Assembly (NCBI GenBank): GCA_964016885.1
Contig: OZ024741.1
Coordinates: forward strand, 157,790,001-157,854,000
Direction: 5' to 3'
DNA length: 64,000 nt
Source of the DNA: Eledone cirrhosa
Taxonomy: Eukaryota
Below are positions 22,112 through 35,772 of the stretch, piece after piece. The position numbers were made by a program, and so were the translations under genes. Under the pieces are notes generated by a model. The model was not told where the DNA came from, did not search any database, and was given only the letters and a program-made list of their open reading frames with translations. Within the stretch, counting starts at the first letter, position 1. Every line of letters starts with the position of its first letter.

Positions 22112-22642
22112 GGTGTGAGGATTGATTAAAATGTGAAAGAAATAAGATGATCAAGAAAGACTGTTAAAGGTGATGGAGGAGGAAATGAAAGCCAGGGTGT
22201 TGGTCAGTGGGGTTGCAGACGTTGAGGAAAGTGATGCATGCCAGCATGAAAAACGGATGTTAAATGATAATGACTTTTAACTGTTTTTCTCTGATAACTC
22301 ATTAACAAACTTATATAACTATATATTAATATTAGCCATAATACACCCATGATAATTTATTTTATACTACAATATGATAGGTAGACAGACAGACAAATAG
22401 ATAGTGTTGTTCTTGAAATCATTATTATTGGCACAATCATTATTATGTTAGAACAAATGTTCTGGGGGGTATCTATCTGGCTGTTTACATTTTGAATTCA
22501 AATCCCACCAAGATTAACTGAATTAAAAACCGTGATCATTATTTTCTTATCTCTTTCTCTAGCTATCTATCTCTCATTACCTTTCCATTCCATCAATATG
22601 AGATAATTTTAAGTACTTTGACTTATTTTTTTTTTTTTACAG

Positions 22643-22672
22643 TTTTCTTTTTGACAAGAACACCTTCAAAAG
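22643..22672 (+). CDS. ITSN1: Candidate 30-nt cassette microexon of intersectin ([10 protein letters not shown])
   Basis: T13-ACAG acceptor and AAG|gtatca donor; symmetric phase 2->2 with no stop. Confidence 0.5.
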
Positions 22673-22767
22673 GTATCATGGTTATTGGTGTGTCTACTGT
22701 TGTCTATCTGATTGTGTGTATGTATAGGCATGTATGTATCAGTGTGTAAATATATATATGTAGGTAT

Positions 22768-22769
<2 letters not shown>

Positions 22770-22808
<39 letters not shown>

Positions 22809-23152
22809 TATATATATATATATAGAGAGAGATGTCTGTATGTATGTATATATATATATATAGATGTCTGTATGTATGTATATATATATATATATAGATG
22901 TCTGTATGTATGTATATATATATATATATAGATGTCTGTATGTATGTATATGTATATATATATAGATGCCTGTATGTATGTAATGTATGTATATATGTAT
23001 ATATATATATAGATGTCTGTATGTATGTATGTAATGTATGTATATATATATATATATATATGTATGTATATATAGATGTCTATATGTATGTAATGTATGT
23101 ATATATATATATATATGTGTATATATAGATGTCTATATGTATGTAATGTATG

Positions 23153-23188
<36 letters not shown>

Positions 23189-23266
23189 GATGTCTATATG
23201 TATGTAATGTATGTATATATATATATATGTATATATATATAGATGTCTATATGTATGTAATGTATG

Positions 23267-23298
<32 letters not shown>

Positions 23299-23323
23299 GA
23301 TGTCTATATGTATGTAATGTATG

Positions 23324-23355
<32 letters not shown>

Positions 23356-23405
23356 GATGTCTATGTATATATATATATATGTATATATATATAGATGTCT
23401 GTATG

Positions 23406-23439
<34 letters not shown>

Positions 23440-23493
23440 GATGTCTGTATGTATATATATATATATATGTATATATATATAGATGTCTGTATG

Positions 23494-23527
<34 letters not shown>

Positions 23528-23611
23528 GATGTCTATATGTATGTAATGTATGTATATATATATGTATATAGATGTGTATATATATATATAGATGTCTATA
23601 TGTATGTAATG

Positions 23612-23655
<44 letters not shown>
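22770..23655. repeat. (GT)n followed by a compound minisatellite of variable units (ATAGATGTCT..GTATGTAATGTATG(TA)n)
   Basis: A repeated AGATGTCT anchor separated by variable (TA)n runs. Confidence 0.9.
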
Positions 23656-23657
<2 letters not shown>

Positions 23658-23769
23658 TAATGTAATATGTACCTAGCATGTATGTCACCATCATCATTTA
23701 AAGTTCATCTTCCACACTAGCATGTATATATCTATGTATGCAGGTATGTATGTATGCATGACTGAATCT

Positions 23770-24702
23770 AAGGAATCATTAGGTTCTGGGATTCCACCAC
23801 TCCTGCTAGAGTTGTCCTGGGGAACTTCTTTGTCTATGCAGATGATCTGGTCATTATAGCTGAATCCATTAAAGAACTAGAAAATAAGTTTTGACTATGG
23901 GAACAGAATTTGTAAACATGTCTTAGAGTAAACTGATCGTGAGTAGGAGAGAAGATAGGACTCTAATTCCTTCAAGAATGTGGCCCTGCTCAATATGTAG
24001 GAGAGTAGGCATAAACTCCATATGATGTACACAATGTAAATGTTGGGTACACAAGAGGTGTAGTGGGATAATGGGTCGACTAACAGCAAGGGAAGACTGT
24101 ATGTAGATGCACAGAGGTAACTGAGGGGAAGAGGGCCAGTGATGTAATTAGCAACGGAAGAAGGTGCTCTGAGAGCATAATACCTACAATCAGGAGAGGA
24201 TGGAAAAAGTTTAGAATGCTACCCCCACTGTTGACCACAAAAGGTTTCTTCCTACATACAAAAGGATAACTGCTTGATGCCTTTGTGCGAAGTGCAATGC
24301 TGCATGGTAGTGAAACATGGGATGTGACTGCAGAGGACATGCATAGACTAGAGAGAAATGAAACAACCATGCTCCTTTGGATGTGAAAGAAAGGTAGAGA
24401 GCTCAGATGAGTTGATGGAGAACTGGGTTTAAGAGGAATCAGAGGTGGTGTGCAGGAGAGAAGACTGCATTGGTATTGACATGTTATGCACATTGACAAT
24501 GATCATAAGGTGAACAAGTGCCAGGAAATGCCAGTGGAAGGAAGCTGCAGTAGAGGTAGACCTGGGCAGAGGTGGGAGCTGACCTCAAATCACTGAGACC
24601 CAGAGGATATGAGTAAGGGATGCGACAAGTGAAGAGATGCCATGCTGAGAAGGACATGTCCAACCCATGCAAGCATGGAAAGACAGACGAAAAAACAATG
24701 AT
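23770..24702 (+). mobile_element. Decayed RTE LINE 3' half
   Basis: CPGE..YADDLVIIAES, WPCSICR, MLHGSETW and tail CCATGCAAGCATGGAAAG; stops and frameshifts. Confidence 0.8.
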
Positions 24703-25038
24703 TATATATATATATATATCGTCATCGTTTAATGTCCTTGCCATGGCAAGGCACAACAACCTCTCTTGTGGGATGCTTTGCATTATCTGATTTGGCTCTG
24801 TGAATTTTGAATTCAAATCCATTTTCGTTCTGGCAAGATTTGTGACCAGCCGGTAGTATCAGCTTTCAATGGAAGAAAAGGAGCTATTAGAAAAAAAGTT
24901 ATGCTGTAGTCAAGACTTTGTCTTTGCTACTTCTTCCCAAATTGGATGCAACACAGTGATGGTGTGTATTACGTTTGTTAAAATTTTTCAATGATATATC
25001 TTATTAGTGTATTTGTGAAATTCTTTTTCATCACACAG

Positions 25039-25122
25039 AAAACGTTTATCTTTGTCTACAACAAAGACACTTCCAACGATGCATGCCACCCAACAACACA
25101 ATGTTATTGAGACAAAAGTCAG
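25039..25122 (+). CDS. ITSN1: Candidate 84-nt cassette exon of intersectin (KRLSLSTTKTLPTMHATQQHNVIETKV)
   Basis: ttctttttcatcacacag acceptor and CAG|gtattg donor; phase 2->2, open frame, non-repetitive sequence. Confidence 0.55.
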
Positions 25123-25167
25123 GTATTGTTGCATTGAATTCTAACATAGGGGTCTCTCATACAATAT

Positions 25168-25199
<32 letters not shown>

Positions 25200-27916
25200 A
25201 TTACTACTACTATTACTGCTGCTGCTGCTAATACTGCTACTACTCTTGCGTCTTGGTGGTCTTTGAGACTCGAATCACTTCAAATCTTGTTTCATTTTTT
25301 TTTTATTTTTTTTTTTCTCATTTCCTTTTTTCCACCTCTGACTATTTATTAAAATAGAATATTCAATATAAGCTACTATCTGAAACAAGTATTTTCTCCT
25401 TTTCACACTCAAATTGGTGCCTATAATTCTTTCATAACCATATTTCTAATGAAAGATACTGCCTATGGTTTTCAAATAATTTTGAAACTAATCTAGAATT
25501 TTGAGGGATTTAGTATCTTAACTAAATTTCTCATTATTTATCTAGTGTTGGAACTGAAAGATTCTTACATAAAATTATGATACAAGGTTTTTAAATATTA
25601 ACACTTTCATTATCATATTTCTAATGAATAACATTGTCTATGGAGTTTAAATAACTTTGAAAATAATATTCAATTTGGATGGATTTAGTAAATATCTCTT
25701 TAAGATGATGTTTGGAATATAACTTAAACGTTCTTCTATAAAATTATGGCAAATTTTTAGATAAATATAAACACTTTAAAATAAAGTTTATCTCAAAGAA
25801 CCTGTGGCCGTTTCAAGGTAAATTGGTATCAAAAGGGATAATATCTAATTTTTTTTTTTTTTACATTGAAAATCTTAGGCATATTTTATTAACATTTTGT
25901 TATTGAATGCTTCTTCTAATGAATGTTTAAAAATTTCTTTTTTTCTTGGCTTTTTCTCTAATCAACTTTTGCACAAGTTAATAACTAACAATTCTTCATA
26001 TTTGGAATTTAAAAAAAAAAAAAATTCTTTTATATGAATAAAATTTGTTTTCATATTTTAAATGTTTCATTTTTAAGGAGGAGGGTTGTTATCATATTCA
26101 ACAAGCAGTTCTTTTTTAGGCAATTCTTTACAGCCAGATGCCCCATCTAGTGCCAACTCTTTCAGTTGCCTCTTATTACAAGCAGGGATACTATGTACCT
26201 ATACACACAGATACATGTAATATATATATATATATATATGTTTCAATAATCCATGTTAGTTGATCCTAGCAATCAGTTAATTATGGTATAATCCAGCATA
26301 AACACTCCATGTCATAGGTATCCATAAGGTATTATGTATATGCTGTCAGATGGAGTATCAGTATTAAGAATAGACAGTTTTACATATCCCCCTTCAGTTT
26401 GTCTTTCATCACACCTGTTATGAACATTTCAAAGGCAATAAAATGTCTTTATGAAATAGTTATTTAATATATACAATGTTTTTGTTTTGGGATATACCCC
26501 CTATTCAAGGGATGTTGTTCATTTGGGTTGCAGCAGGCATATGCTCCATCATGCTGGTGCTGGTTAGCTGTGGCCATTAAAGGGGTTATAAAACAGATAA
26601 TTCCTACAAGCTTTTATTTATCTATTTTTCTTATCAGTATATGAGCATCAGTTTATTCTTGGCAGGTAACTACAATCATATTATCATTATTACGTTGGTA
26701 TCCATAGTTCTTTAGTGAATGATTATTTATTTTAGTTATGGTGTAGAGGGAAGAGGGGTGAAGTGTACTTGAACTTAAGTGTGTGAGTAAGGCTGTTAGT
26801 GTGTGCATGAGCTAAATCTCAATATAGGTTTGCATCATCAGGCATGTACATGGTGATATAGCAGCTGTATATCCACATGAATGTACATGTGAACAATCGA
26901 CCACCATTTGCACACACACACACACACGCAGGCAAACACACCACACACAACCAACACACACACACAACCAACCAACACACACACACACACACACACGTGC
27001 ACACATATACAAAATCTTGAATACATACAGATGAATAAGGAAAGAAAGAATGTGTTCTCACCATATATAAAGGTGAAGATAGAATGTTAAATGAGAAGGG
27101 AAAAGTTATTCAGGGTCCTAACCTGAAAGGTATTAAGTATTAACTATAGAAGCATGGTGTTTAGCATATGTTAGAGGAACTAGTTAAGGGAAATGGAGGA
27201 GATCAGTACTCTGTTCGATAGATTAACTAGTGCACCTAAACATCAACGTATTAGGGGTTGCGAAGGGATGTAATATGTGGGTCATGTTCACATTGATGTG
27301 TAGGGAGGTGTTAAAAGGGAGAAGGGCTTTGATATTTCGAGTTGATGTATTAAAAAATCAGAATACCTACAATTTCCATGGTTTCTGTGGTGCATAAATC
27401 ATCACTAACAAGAGATTCTCCCTGCAGTTTAAATGTGTATCCCAGTAATAAGTGTTGTGTACTATCCTGTTTTAGCTGCCATATAAGCTTGGATGGTGCC
27501 CTGCTTCTGTTCTCCATGAAGCAATTTACTGCATTTCTGCAGTTTCAGTCCCAGTTGGGTGTATGGATTGTCGGAGTTCTGCTTATTGGGGCGGCTGAAC
27601 TCGCATTTCAAAATATAACGGAAAGAAATGGGTGGGCATGCTTGTGTAAATGGTAGCACATTTTTCCAGAAAACAGATGTGGATTTAACCCACAAGTCTG
27701 CTGATGCCCATTTTTTTCCTGTTCAGGAGGCTTATATGCCATTAGACTATTTTCTGTAGTACATATATATATATATATATATATAGGCCATGAACTTAGT
27801 AGCAGTTGTAAAGAAACATGTATGGTAGGAACTCGTGGATACCTTATTTAAAACTTTTCAACAGTTGGTGCATAACAGTTATAATTGGTTTCATGCATAC
27901 ATATATATATATGTAT

Positions 27917-28252
27917 AGTGGAAGCACATGGCTTAGTGGTTAGAGCATTGGCTTTGCAATCGAAGGGTTGTGAGTTCAATTCTCAGACCGGGTGATGTGT
28001 TGTTTCCTTGAGCAAGACACTTTATTTCACATTGCTCCAGTTTACTCAGCTGTAGAAATGAGATGATAGGGACTGGGTTCCCTAGCATTCCACTGCAAAG
28101 TGGACGTGTAGGCACCACGGCAAAAAAGCACCCAGCACTCACTGTAAATGAGGTTGGTGTTAGGAAGGGCATCCAGCTGTAGAAATCGAGCCAGAATCAG
28201 TTCCCGTCCCACCCTTGCTAGCAGGGAAAAGCGGATGTAAAATGAAATGATG
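27917..28252 (+). mobile_element. Full-length tRNA-CORE SINE (family B)
   Basis: A-box TGGCTTAGTGGTTAGAGC, B-box GAGTTCAATTC, CORE-like centre and RTE-like tail. Confidence 0.85.
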
Positions 28253-28405
28253 ATACATATAAATAGATACACACACACATACCATAGGACTGAGGTCACT
28301 ATCATTACAACATCCCAGAACCTCCTATGAGACACAATTTAGTATGAGGCCATGTAACTTTTCATAGGTGTGAGCTGTAAATTTTTTTTTTTTTCCATTT
28401 CTTAG

Positions 28406-28497
28406 TTCCCAAAGTGAAATGACTGTTCAAGATGGAGGGTCTACAGTAGAAGATACTAAGTCTACAATTACAGCAGAAAAGAAAACTGATTTGCCTG
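28406..28497 (+). CDS. ITSN1: Intersectin exon, SH3B-C linker (SQSEMTVQDGGSTVEDTKSTITAEKKTDLP)
   Basis: Poly-T..cttag acceptor and G|gtaaat donor. Phase 2->1 is required to join SH3B to SH3C. Confidence 0.85.
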
Positions 28498-28539
28498 GTA
28501 AATATACTTTCTGCGTTGTACCCTTTCATGGCCATATTC

Positions 28540-29050
28540 CTAATTATCACCCTCTTCCCATTCGAAGGAGGTAGATCACTCATCTGGGACGCCACTTGCT
28601 GCGACACGTTCTCCGCCTCCAACTTAGTTGCTTCAACCACAAACCCCGGCATCGCAGAAGAACGTAAAATAAACAAATACCGGGGTTTGTCCGGCCGCTT
28701 CCTCTTAGCACTGGTTGCAGTCGAGACCTCAGGCGTACTTGGACCCCGTACTACCAAGCCTCTCCGCAAGATCGGAACGTCGGCTGCCCGTCTGAGGAGG
28801 GAGCTCCACGAGGGTGCAGGGGGTGTCACTGGCTATCGTCCCGGGGAATGCTTTTGCTGCCCTGTCAGCGAGGCGCAGCACTTCTTCCCTCTTGCCCTAG
28901 GCCCAAAGCCCAATCACTCTTCCCCTCATCACCCCGCTCTCTTCTGCAACACCAGAGCTCTTGCCATCCCCTTCCTTCCCCCCTTTTTATTTTTTCTTAC
29001 TAAATGTTTGTTTTTTTTGCTTTTGAATAAATATATTATAAACAAAAGAA
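28540..29050 (+). mobile_element. 3' fragment of a CRE-clade non-LTR retrotransposon (restriction-like endonuclease domain)
   Basis: GC-rich island. ORF 28516-29067 reads ITLFPFEGGRSLIWDATCCDTF...AEERKINKY...VAVETSGVLG, typical of the CRE RLE C-terminus, followed by AATAAA and an A/TA-rich tail. Confidence 0.75.
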
Positions 29051-29261
29051 AATATATATATATATAAAATAGATACATAGGTAGATGTAATGTGATACTG
29101 TTATAAAGATATCTACCTGTGTAAAAATTTACCTACATATTTCTCTACCTATGTATCTATCTACCCATTTTGCAATCAATCTGCATATCAATCTATTTCT
29201 CTATCTATGTAGATCTATCAACCCACCCATGATAAACCTATTATATGTTTCTTCCTTGCAG

Positions 29262-29431
29262 TTCAATATGTAGCAATGTATAATTACGTTTCTGATGAGC
29301 CCTGTGATTTAACATTTAACCAAGGAGACGTGATTACTATTGAGGCAATGGAAGGTGACTGGTGGACAGGTAACATTGGTGAACGGTCTGGAATCTTCCC
29401 TGCTAACTATGTAAAGAAAATGGAACCCCAG
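29262..29431 (+). CDS. ITSN1: Intersectin exon, SH3C ([57 protein letters not shown])
   Basis: cttgcag acceptor and CAG|gtaacg donor; phase 1->0. Confidence 0.95.
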
Positions 29432-29624
29432 GTAACGACTAACCCTTCTGCCACCTCTCTTCATTCTTATCAGCTTACATATATTTGTAATATGGTAAAC
29501 TTTAATGTAATAGTCACTTTGTTTGATTAGTAGGTTCAAGGCACATTCTTGTAGGTATGTATTTGTGTGTGTTTGTGTAAGTATTTGTATATATATATGT
29601 GCATATATACATGGATATTGTAAA

Positions 29625-30610
29625 AAAACCTTTATTTTCAAAGATGGCAGAGCACTCAATCCAAGGAATGAGTTATAATATACAAAATTAGGTTAAATTC
29701 ACATTTTCATCTATCAAATTAGCACTTTTCACTGTGGGATTATTACTGCAGCTTGTCAGTCCAACATGGAATTTAACTATAATTCTAATGGAAGGGGAGG
29801 ATAACTCTTATTTAGGCTTGTGTAAATTAGGAACAGGTTATTTAGGCATGGGGTATCTTGCCTGGAAAAATATAGCAGGGTATTTATCTAAAATGTTTGT
29901 TGGGTGCTAGATAGATGTTACAGAAATTAAAGATTCATAGAAGTGGTGTTCTTTTTTCTTCTTTTTCCTATTTAGCACGTTAGAAATTATAGAGGTGAAA
30001 GTTTTGCAAAGAGGGGTAGGAATAAGTTTGGAGTGCAAGGTTGTGGATTATGGCTATCCTAGTGTTATCCAGGGTTCTTCAAATTATATAGGATGTATTC
30101 CAGCTCGTTGGGACACTGGTTGAAAAAAAATCGGCCATCGTATTGTGGCATGTTTTCGTGGAATGTAGCCATCTTAAGATGTTCCATCATTTGGTGTTGC
30201 ACAATTTCAATGTCTTATTACCATATAGGTAAGGACTTGATTTTTCCCGGATCTTCCATTTAATGGAAAAGTCCCCACCTGCAAACTTGAAGGACCAAAT
30301 ATGACTTTCCAGTTTCATAGCTGTTCGTTTATCTGGGATCCTAAAAATCAACTCATGGTTTAGGATGCTGCTTTTGAAGTGGCTCTCTGAGATACCCATA
30401 TATGTCTTGACATGCTGCTCCTAATTCACTTGGATGGAGGTTACTTCAGCTTTATATACAACCATTGCACTTCTGATCCTGAAGGCATGACTGGCTTTCT
30501 ACAAGAGCATTCTGGTGTGGGAGTGCTCTTGGGTTTGTTGGTGATCTGGACTTTCATTTTTTTTTTTTTTTGCACTGGAGTAGCTGGTTTTCTCTGTATG
30601 GTGATTTAAA
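29625..30610 (-). mobile_element. Penelope-like element 3' fragment (GIY-YIG C-terminal part plus 3' region)
   Basis: ORF 30187-30399 reads (Y)MGISESHFK..NH..F..T.MKLESHIW..K...IKWKI..SSPY..LC. A degenerate HHR motif lies at 29715-29765. Confidence 0.7.
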
Positions 30611-30649
30611 GATTAGGCTATACTTATGGTGTGTGTATATATATCTAAA

Positions 30650-30903
30650 AAGTCTAAAGTCTGTGCTTATCCCGGTTTCATGGCGTGAAGCGACTGAGAG
30701 TACAAGACTCCCCCCTGGACAGGACGCCAGTCCATCGCAGGGTTAAACCTCAAGCTATTGCTGGTACTCATTTTCAGCTGAGTATACTGGAGCAACGTGA
30801 AATGAAGTGTTTTGCTCAAGAACACAACATGCTACCCAGGAATCGAGCCCACGACATTATGATCGTAAGTTCAACACCCTTACCACTAGGCCACGTGCCT
30901 CCA
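30650..30903 (-). mobile_element. tRNA-CORE SINE (family C, different tail)
   Basis: Minus strand starts GGAGGCACGTGGCCTAGTGGTAAGGGTG with a B-box GGCTCGATTCC and a CORE-like centre. A second copy lies at ~61215-61365. Confidence 0.8.
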
Positions 30904-30928
30904 CTGTGTATATATATTATATATATGC

Positions 30929-32052
30929 AATGCAAAGTATGGGTGCATAAAAGATGTAGTGGGATCACAGGTAAGCTAACTAAGAACATAGATTTTACAT
31001 GTGGCCGGTGTTCTGGTGCAATAAGTAGCAGCAAGTGCCCACAAAATACTAGCTCTTTCAATTGCGCAGAGGGTTCTATAGAAATAGTGGACAGCTTCCG
31101 TTACCTGGGCGATAAAATCAGCAGTGGGGGAGGGTGCTCTGAAAGTACTGTAGCTAGAGTCAGAACTGGTTGGAAAAAGTTCAGAGAGCTTATACCACTA
31201 TTAGCTGCTAAAGGGTTCTCCCTAAAAATGAAAGGCAGGTTGTACGATGCCTGCATACGAACAGCAATGCTGCATGGCAGTGAGACCTGGGCATTGTGTG
31301 CAGAGGATATACGCAGACTAGAGAGGAACGAAGCTTGCATGCTCCGCTGGATGTGTAACAGTAATATACGTGAACGGCAAAGCATAAACGAACTAAGGAA
31401 AAAATTAGAGATAAGAGGGATCAGATGTTGTTTACTTGAGAGAAGGCTACGTTGGTATGGACACGTGATGCGCATGAAAGTCGATAGCTGTATAACAAAG
31501 TGCAGGGCAATAAAGATAGACGGTAGTCACGGAATAGGCAGACCTAGAAAAACCTGGGACGAGCTGATAAACTCCGACATCACACACTTACACCTCTCCA
31601 AGACAATGTCACTGGACCGAGACCTTTGGCGGTACTCAGTAACAGAGAAGACCCGCCTTACCTAAATATATAGTAAAACCTACTCCAACTAGTAGGCATC
31701 TCTAACAAAATACACCCCGTCCCACCACCACCACCCCCACCCCATCCACACCACCCCGTTCTATGTAAAGTTATGTTGGTGCCGCGCCATCGAGGCCGAA
31801 ACAAATGAGATCGTGTAGGTGTCACGACAAAAAAACACACAGTCCACGCTGTAATGTGGCCGTGTAGGCAACACGGTAAAAACCTCCCAGACCCACACTG
31901 TAAATGTGGTTGGTGTTAGGAAGGGCATCCAACTGTAGAAAACCTGCCAGACAGTCCTATGCGAGCAAGACAATCACTCTTGCCTCAAGTGGGACTACCC
32001 CCGTCCAAACCCATGCAAGCGTGGAACACGGACGTTAAACGTTGATGATGAT
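30929..32052 (+). mobile_element. Young RTE LINE copy 1 (5'-truncated)
   Basis: Nearly identical to 54778-55900; open C-terminal ORF to 31665; (GAT)n tail. Confidence 0.93.
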
Positions 32053-33956
32053 ATATATATATGCATATATATATATATATATATATATATGCATATGACA
32101 GGTGTATGTTCGAGTCCCACAAATTGTGTTGTCCGCTTATTCCGTCTCTAGGGGCTTCTATGTCCAACTTGGGCTATTTTACATCATCAAAAAAAACCTG
32201 GGTTGAAGCTGTTAACTTAAAGCTAACATATATTCAAAATTCATAATTCACTCAATGGTTCTAAAATAGATTGCTTATTTACCTACTGGCCGATTGATAA
32301 GGCTTAAATAATGGGGAAAGAATTGTCAACCTGCTTTGCTGTAATTGGTGGCATGATAGGTCCACAGGCGACTATCCGCATTTTTTCTTTCTCTTGGGGC
32401 TTGTATGCCCAACTTGTTAGACTATTTTTCGTAGTCCAAAACTACCTGTGTTGAAACTGTTCACCTTAAGCTAACATACATTCAAAAGTCATATCTTGCT
32501 CAACAGTTCTGCAAATAGAGTGCTTATATATAAACTGAGGAAAAACCTTGGCATGAAAGGAATTGGATGTAGTGTGCATTGGTATGGATATGTGATGCAC
32601 ATAAAAGATAACAGCTGCATAAAGAAATGCAGAAAAACTCCAGTGGCTGGAACCCAGGGAAGACATGGGATGAGGTTGTGCAGTCCAACCTTCAAAAACA
32701 AAATCTCACAACAGAAATAACAGAGAACAACAAGGGCTGGTGCTATGCTGAACTGACCTACAGCATACAATGTGGCCTGACTTATCCCCTCTCTTTTCCA
32801 CTAGCACTCTAAAAGCTATTCTCAGCACCATTACCCCCCCCCCCCCCCCCCCCCAGCACTTACTCCTTAGCTGCTGCCCTCTCAAAAACCTATAAATTCC
32901 CTCACTATCGACTCTAGTAGTCACTTCCCTCACTCTTATGCACCCCACCTACATCCCTTTTATTCATTCCTTAGCTGCTATCTTCCCTCTCCTAAAACAC
33001 CTAGATAATTTCACTATCACAGCCTTGTAGCTACCCCCTGCACCCCACCCATACCCCCTCCACTATCACTCCTTAGTGGTAGAAATAGGAGGCATAGTGA
33101 TGAAGAGAATATCTGAGTGTTCGCATCTCTATTTTTAAAAAAAGTCATGCAACCTCTCTAGTACGACAACCTTTTCAGTGTTGATCTACACAATAAATAC
33201 ATCCATTACACACTGTAAAGTGGTTGGTGATAGCAAGGGCATCCAGTTGTAGCAGGGTTGCGAGGAACCTTCAGTTGTGTGGAGGACATGACATCTTCCC
33301 TAGTATTGGTGATCTACACGATAAATGTTCCCAGTGCACACTGTAAAGAGGTTGGAGATAGTAAGTGCATCCAGCTGTAGAAAGCTTGCCAAACAAAATT
33401 TGGGAGGACAACTAATGGTGATAGTATGTTTACTATGATAATGTGATGTTATGAAAAGAGAGAGAGAGAGATGGGGGGGGGGGGGGTGAAAGAAAGTGTG
33501 AAGCTGAGTAAGTAAATACAAAAATAGACTGGAACAGTTAAGTGTAGATAAATAGCGAAGCTAAATTTTAACAATTTAGCATTTACATTATTCTATATTT
33601 ACTGGCCTTGTGCCAAAAGTAGAAACAATTATTCTATATTTACATGGTAAACACTTTATCTCACATAATATCGAATCTATGAGATTTGATATTATTTATT
33701 TTGAGAATAATACCTTAACATTAGTATAAGTGGCCGGTTACAGCCACAGAAAGAGGTGAGAGAATTCTGGCTGGATATGGCCAATTCAAATGCTAAGGGT
33801 TAAGAAAATTTTAATATTTTTGTATGGTGTGTATATGTATATATGTTTGTGTACATGTATTCTACAATAACAATAATAAATTGATTGTGTATAATTACCT
33901 ATCAATAGATATTATTGGAGCTATAATAGGAGTCAGTAATCTAGACTAAGAAATAA

Positions 33957-34131
33957 TTGTTTCTACTTTTTGGCACAAGGCCAGCACTTATCCCAGTACA
34001 TTACTGGTACTTTATTTTATCGACCCCGTAAGGATGAAAGGCAAAGTTAACCTCGGCGGGAATTGAACTCAGATCGTAAAGGGACGTAACTATGCTGGAA
34101 AGCATAATCCAACTCTCTACCGATACTGCCA
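33957..34131 (-). mobile_element. tRNA SINE family A copy
   Basis: Colinear with 5505-5684. Confidence 0.85.
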
Positions 34132-34136
34132 ATAAT

Positions 34137-34341
34137 CGTATATACTTGAATATAAACTGATCTGAATATATACCCCCTCCCCATTTTGTCTGAGAAATGG
34201 GCAAAATCCAAACCTCATTTATAAGCTGCGGCAGCTTATCAACACATTGTTTAGATGCTGCATATAAGCTCCCCCCACCCATTTTATCATGAATTTTTTT
34301 TTTTATCACATAGTCCTCGGCTTACATTCAAGTATACACGG
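34137..34341. mobile_element. Tc1/mariner-pogo-type MITE
   Basis: TIRs CGTATATACTTGAATATAAAC ... GCTTACATTCAAGTATACACG. Further single TIR-like ends lie at ~34962 and ~35705. Confidence 0.65.
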
Positions 34342-35772
34342 AAATAAATAATGATTAATAATTTTCAATTACTATCAATTATTAACCATCAATTACCAAT
34401 TATTAAATATCAAACATTGATGATTATTAATTATTAGTTTTCAAGGAGACCTACATGGAGAGGACACTAGTCTGCAAAAATCTTTTCTTCACCTCTCCCC
34501 AGACTTAATATCCAGCCCTCACCAGCTAAATATCCCATGCACCTCAGCCATGTCGAACTTGTTTACTTGCCCCCACCCCTCACAAATGATATATCTCTCC
34601 TGTCCAACACATGCATACAAGCAAGAAAGCTGGACACGCTCTACATCTGATCTCCCACAATGCCATTGCCACGTCAAAAGACACTAAGTCTACCCTGTAT
34701 GCTGATCTTGTACCTCAACAACAAAAGCATCCAAGCCACCTTGTTAGATGGTCATTTTGGTACCATGATAAAAAGCATCCAGTCCACATTGTAACATGGT
34801 TGTTATTAGGAAGGGCATCCAGCTGCAGAAACCAAACCAAAATACAGATCTGTATGAGCAAGACATGGATCACCAGACCTGACTTGTCTCATAATGTAAC
34901 AACCTGTCTAACCCATGCAAGCATGGAAACATAGACATTAAATAATGATGATAATGATATACCATATATACTTGAATATAAGCCAAAGCAGCTAATCAAC
35001 ACATTACTGCGGTTTTGAAATTCTCATGAGTGGAAAAAAAATGAAATTTTAATATTTTGATATTTAAAACGTTTTAAGTGTTCTTTGAGTATAATTTTTG
35101 TTTCACAAATCCACTACGTAATGACTTTTTTGCCATTTCATCCATTTTGTAAAGTTTCAAGTTTCTCAAATCTTTGTTTACTTCCGGCTACTCAAATGCT
35201 GGGAGTATTTTGCTTTTTTTTTTAAGCAGAAAAATCTCCTGAATATAACAGATTTTTATTTAATATACACATCAAATAATAAAATGCATACTGTGAAAAA
35301 CTGGGAAACGATTTAACATCATACAAATATTAAAGCTTTAGGTAGATATTTTTTTACAGCAAGCAAGAGTGAGAAAAGAGGTAGAGCGAGAAAAAGAGAG
35401 TGTGGAAGAGTGAGAGCAAGCAAAATAAAATAAGATGAAAGAAAATTGAAAGAAAAAGTATAACTACATAAATCACAGAAAAACGGTCGGCAAATGTGTG
35501 TTTATGTACATGTGTGTGTGAATGTGTTTATGTGTAGGGAATATTAAGAAGTTCAAATAATAAAACTTTGTGGGTATGTTCTTGAGGCAATGCATAAATA
35601 AAACTCCTGGCAATAAAAGAAATTTAGAGAAAGTGTTTCTCTCCAGATATTTTAGCACCTTATTTATGTAGAATTTGAAGTTAATGAAAATCATCAAAAT
35701 ATTGATACTGAATATAAGCCAATCCCCCATTTTACCATCGTTTTTATTTTATTTTAATTTTTTTTTTATTGG

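Noticed and set aside
22898-23528. Y/I/V/M/C-rich ORFs (also 8958, 26812-27090, 35675-36381, 60730, 61483)
   Set aside because: These are translations of (AT)n/(GT)n microsatellites.
27917-28000. tRNA gene
   Set aside because: The A/B boxes continue into a multi-copy SINE body and tail, so this is a tRNA-derived SINE head and not a tRNA.
30685-31665. 326-aa ORF as a novel fusion protein
   Set aside because: It is chance in-frame read-through from an antisense SINE and (AT)n into a truncated RTE ORF2, with a GTG start.
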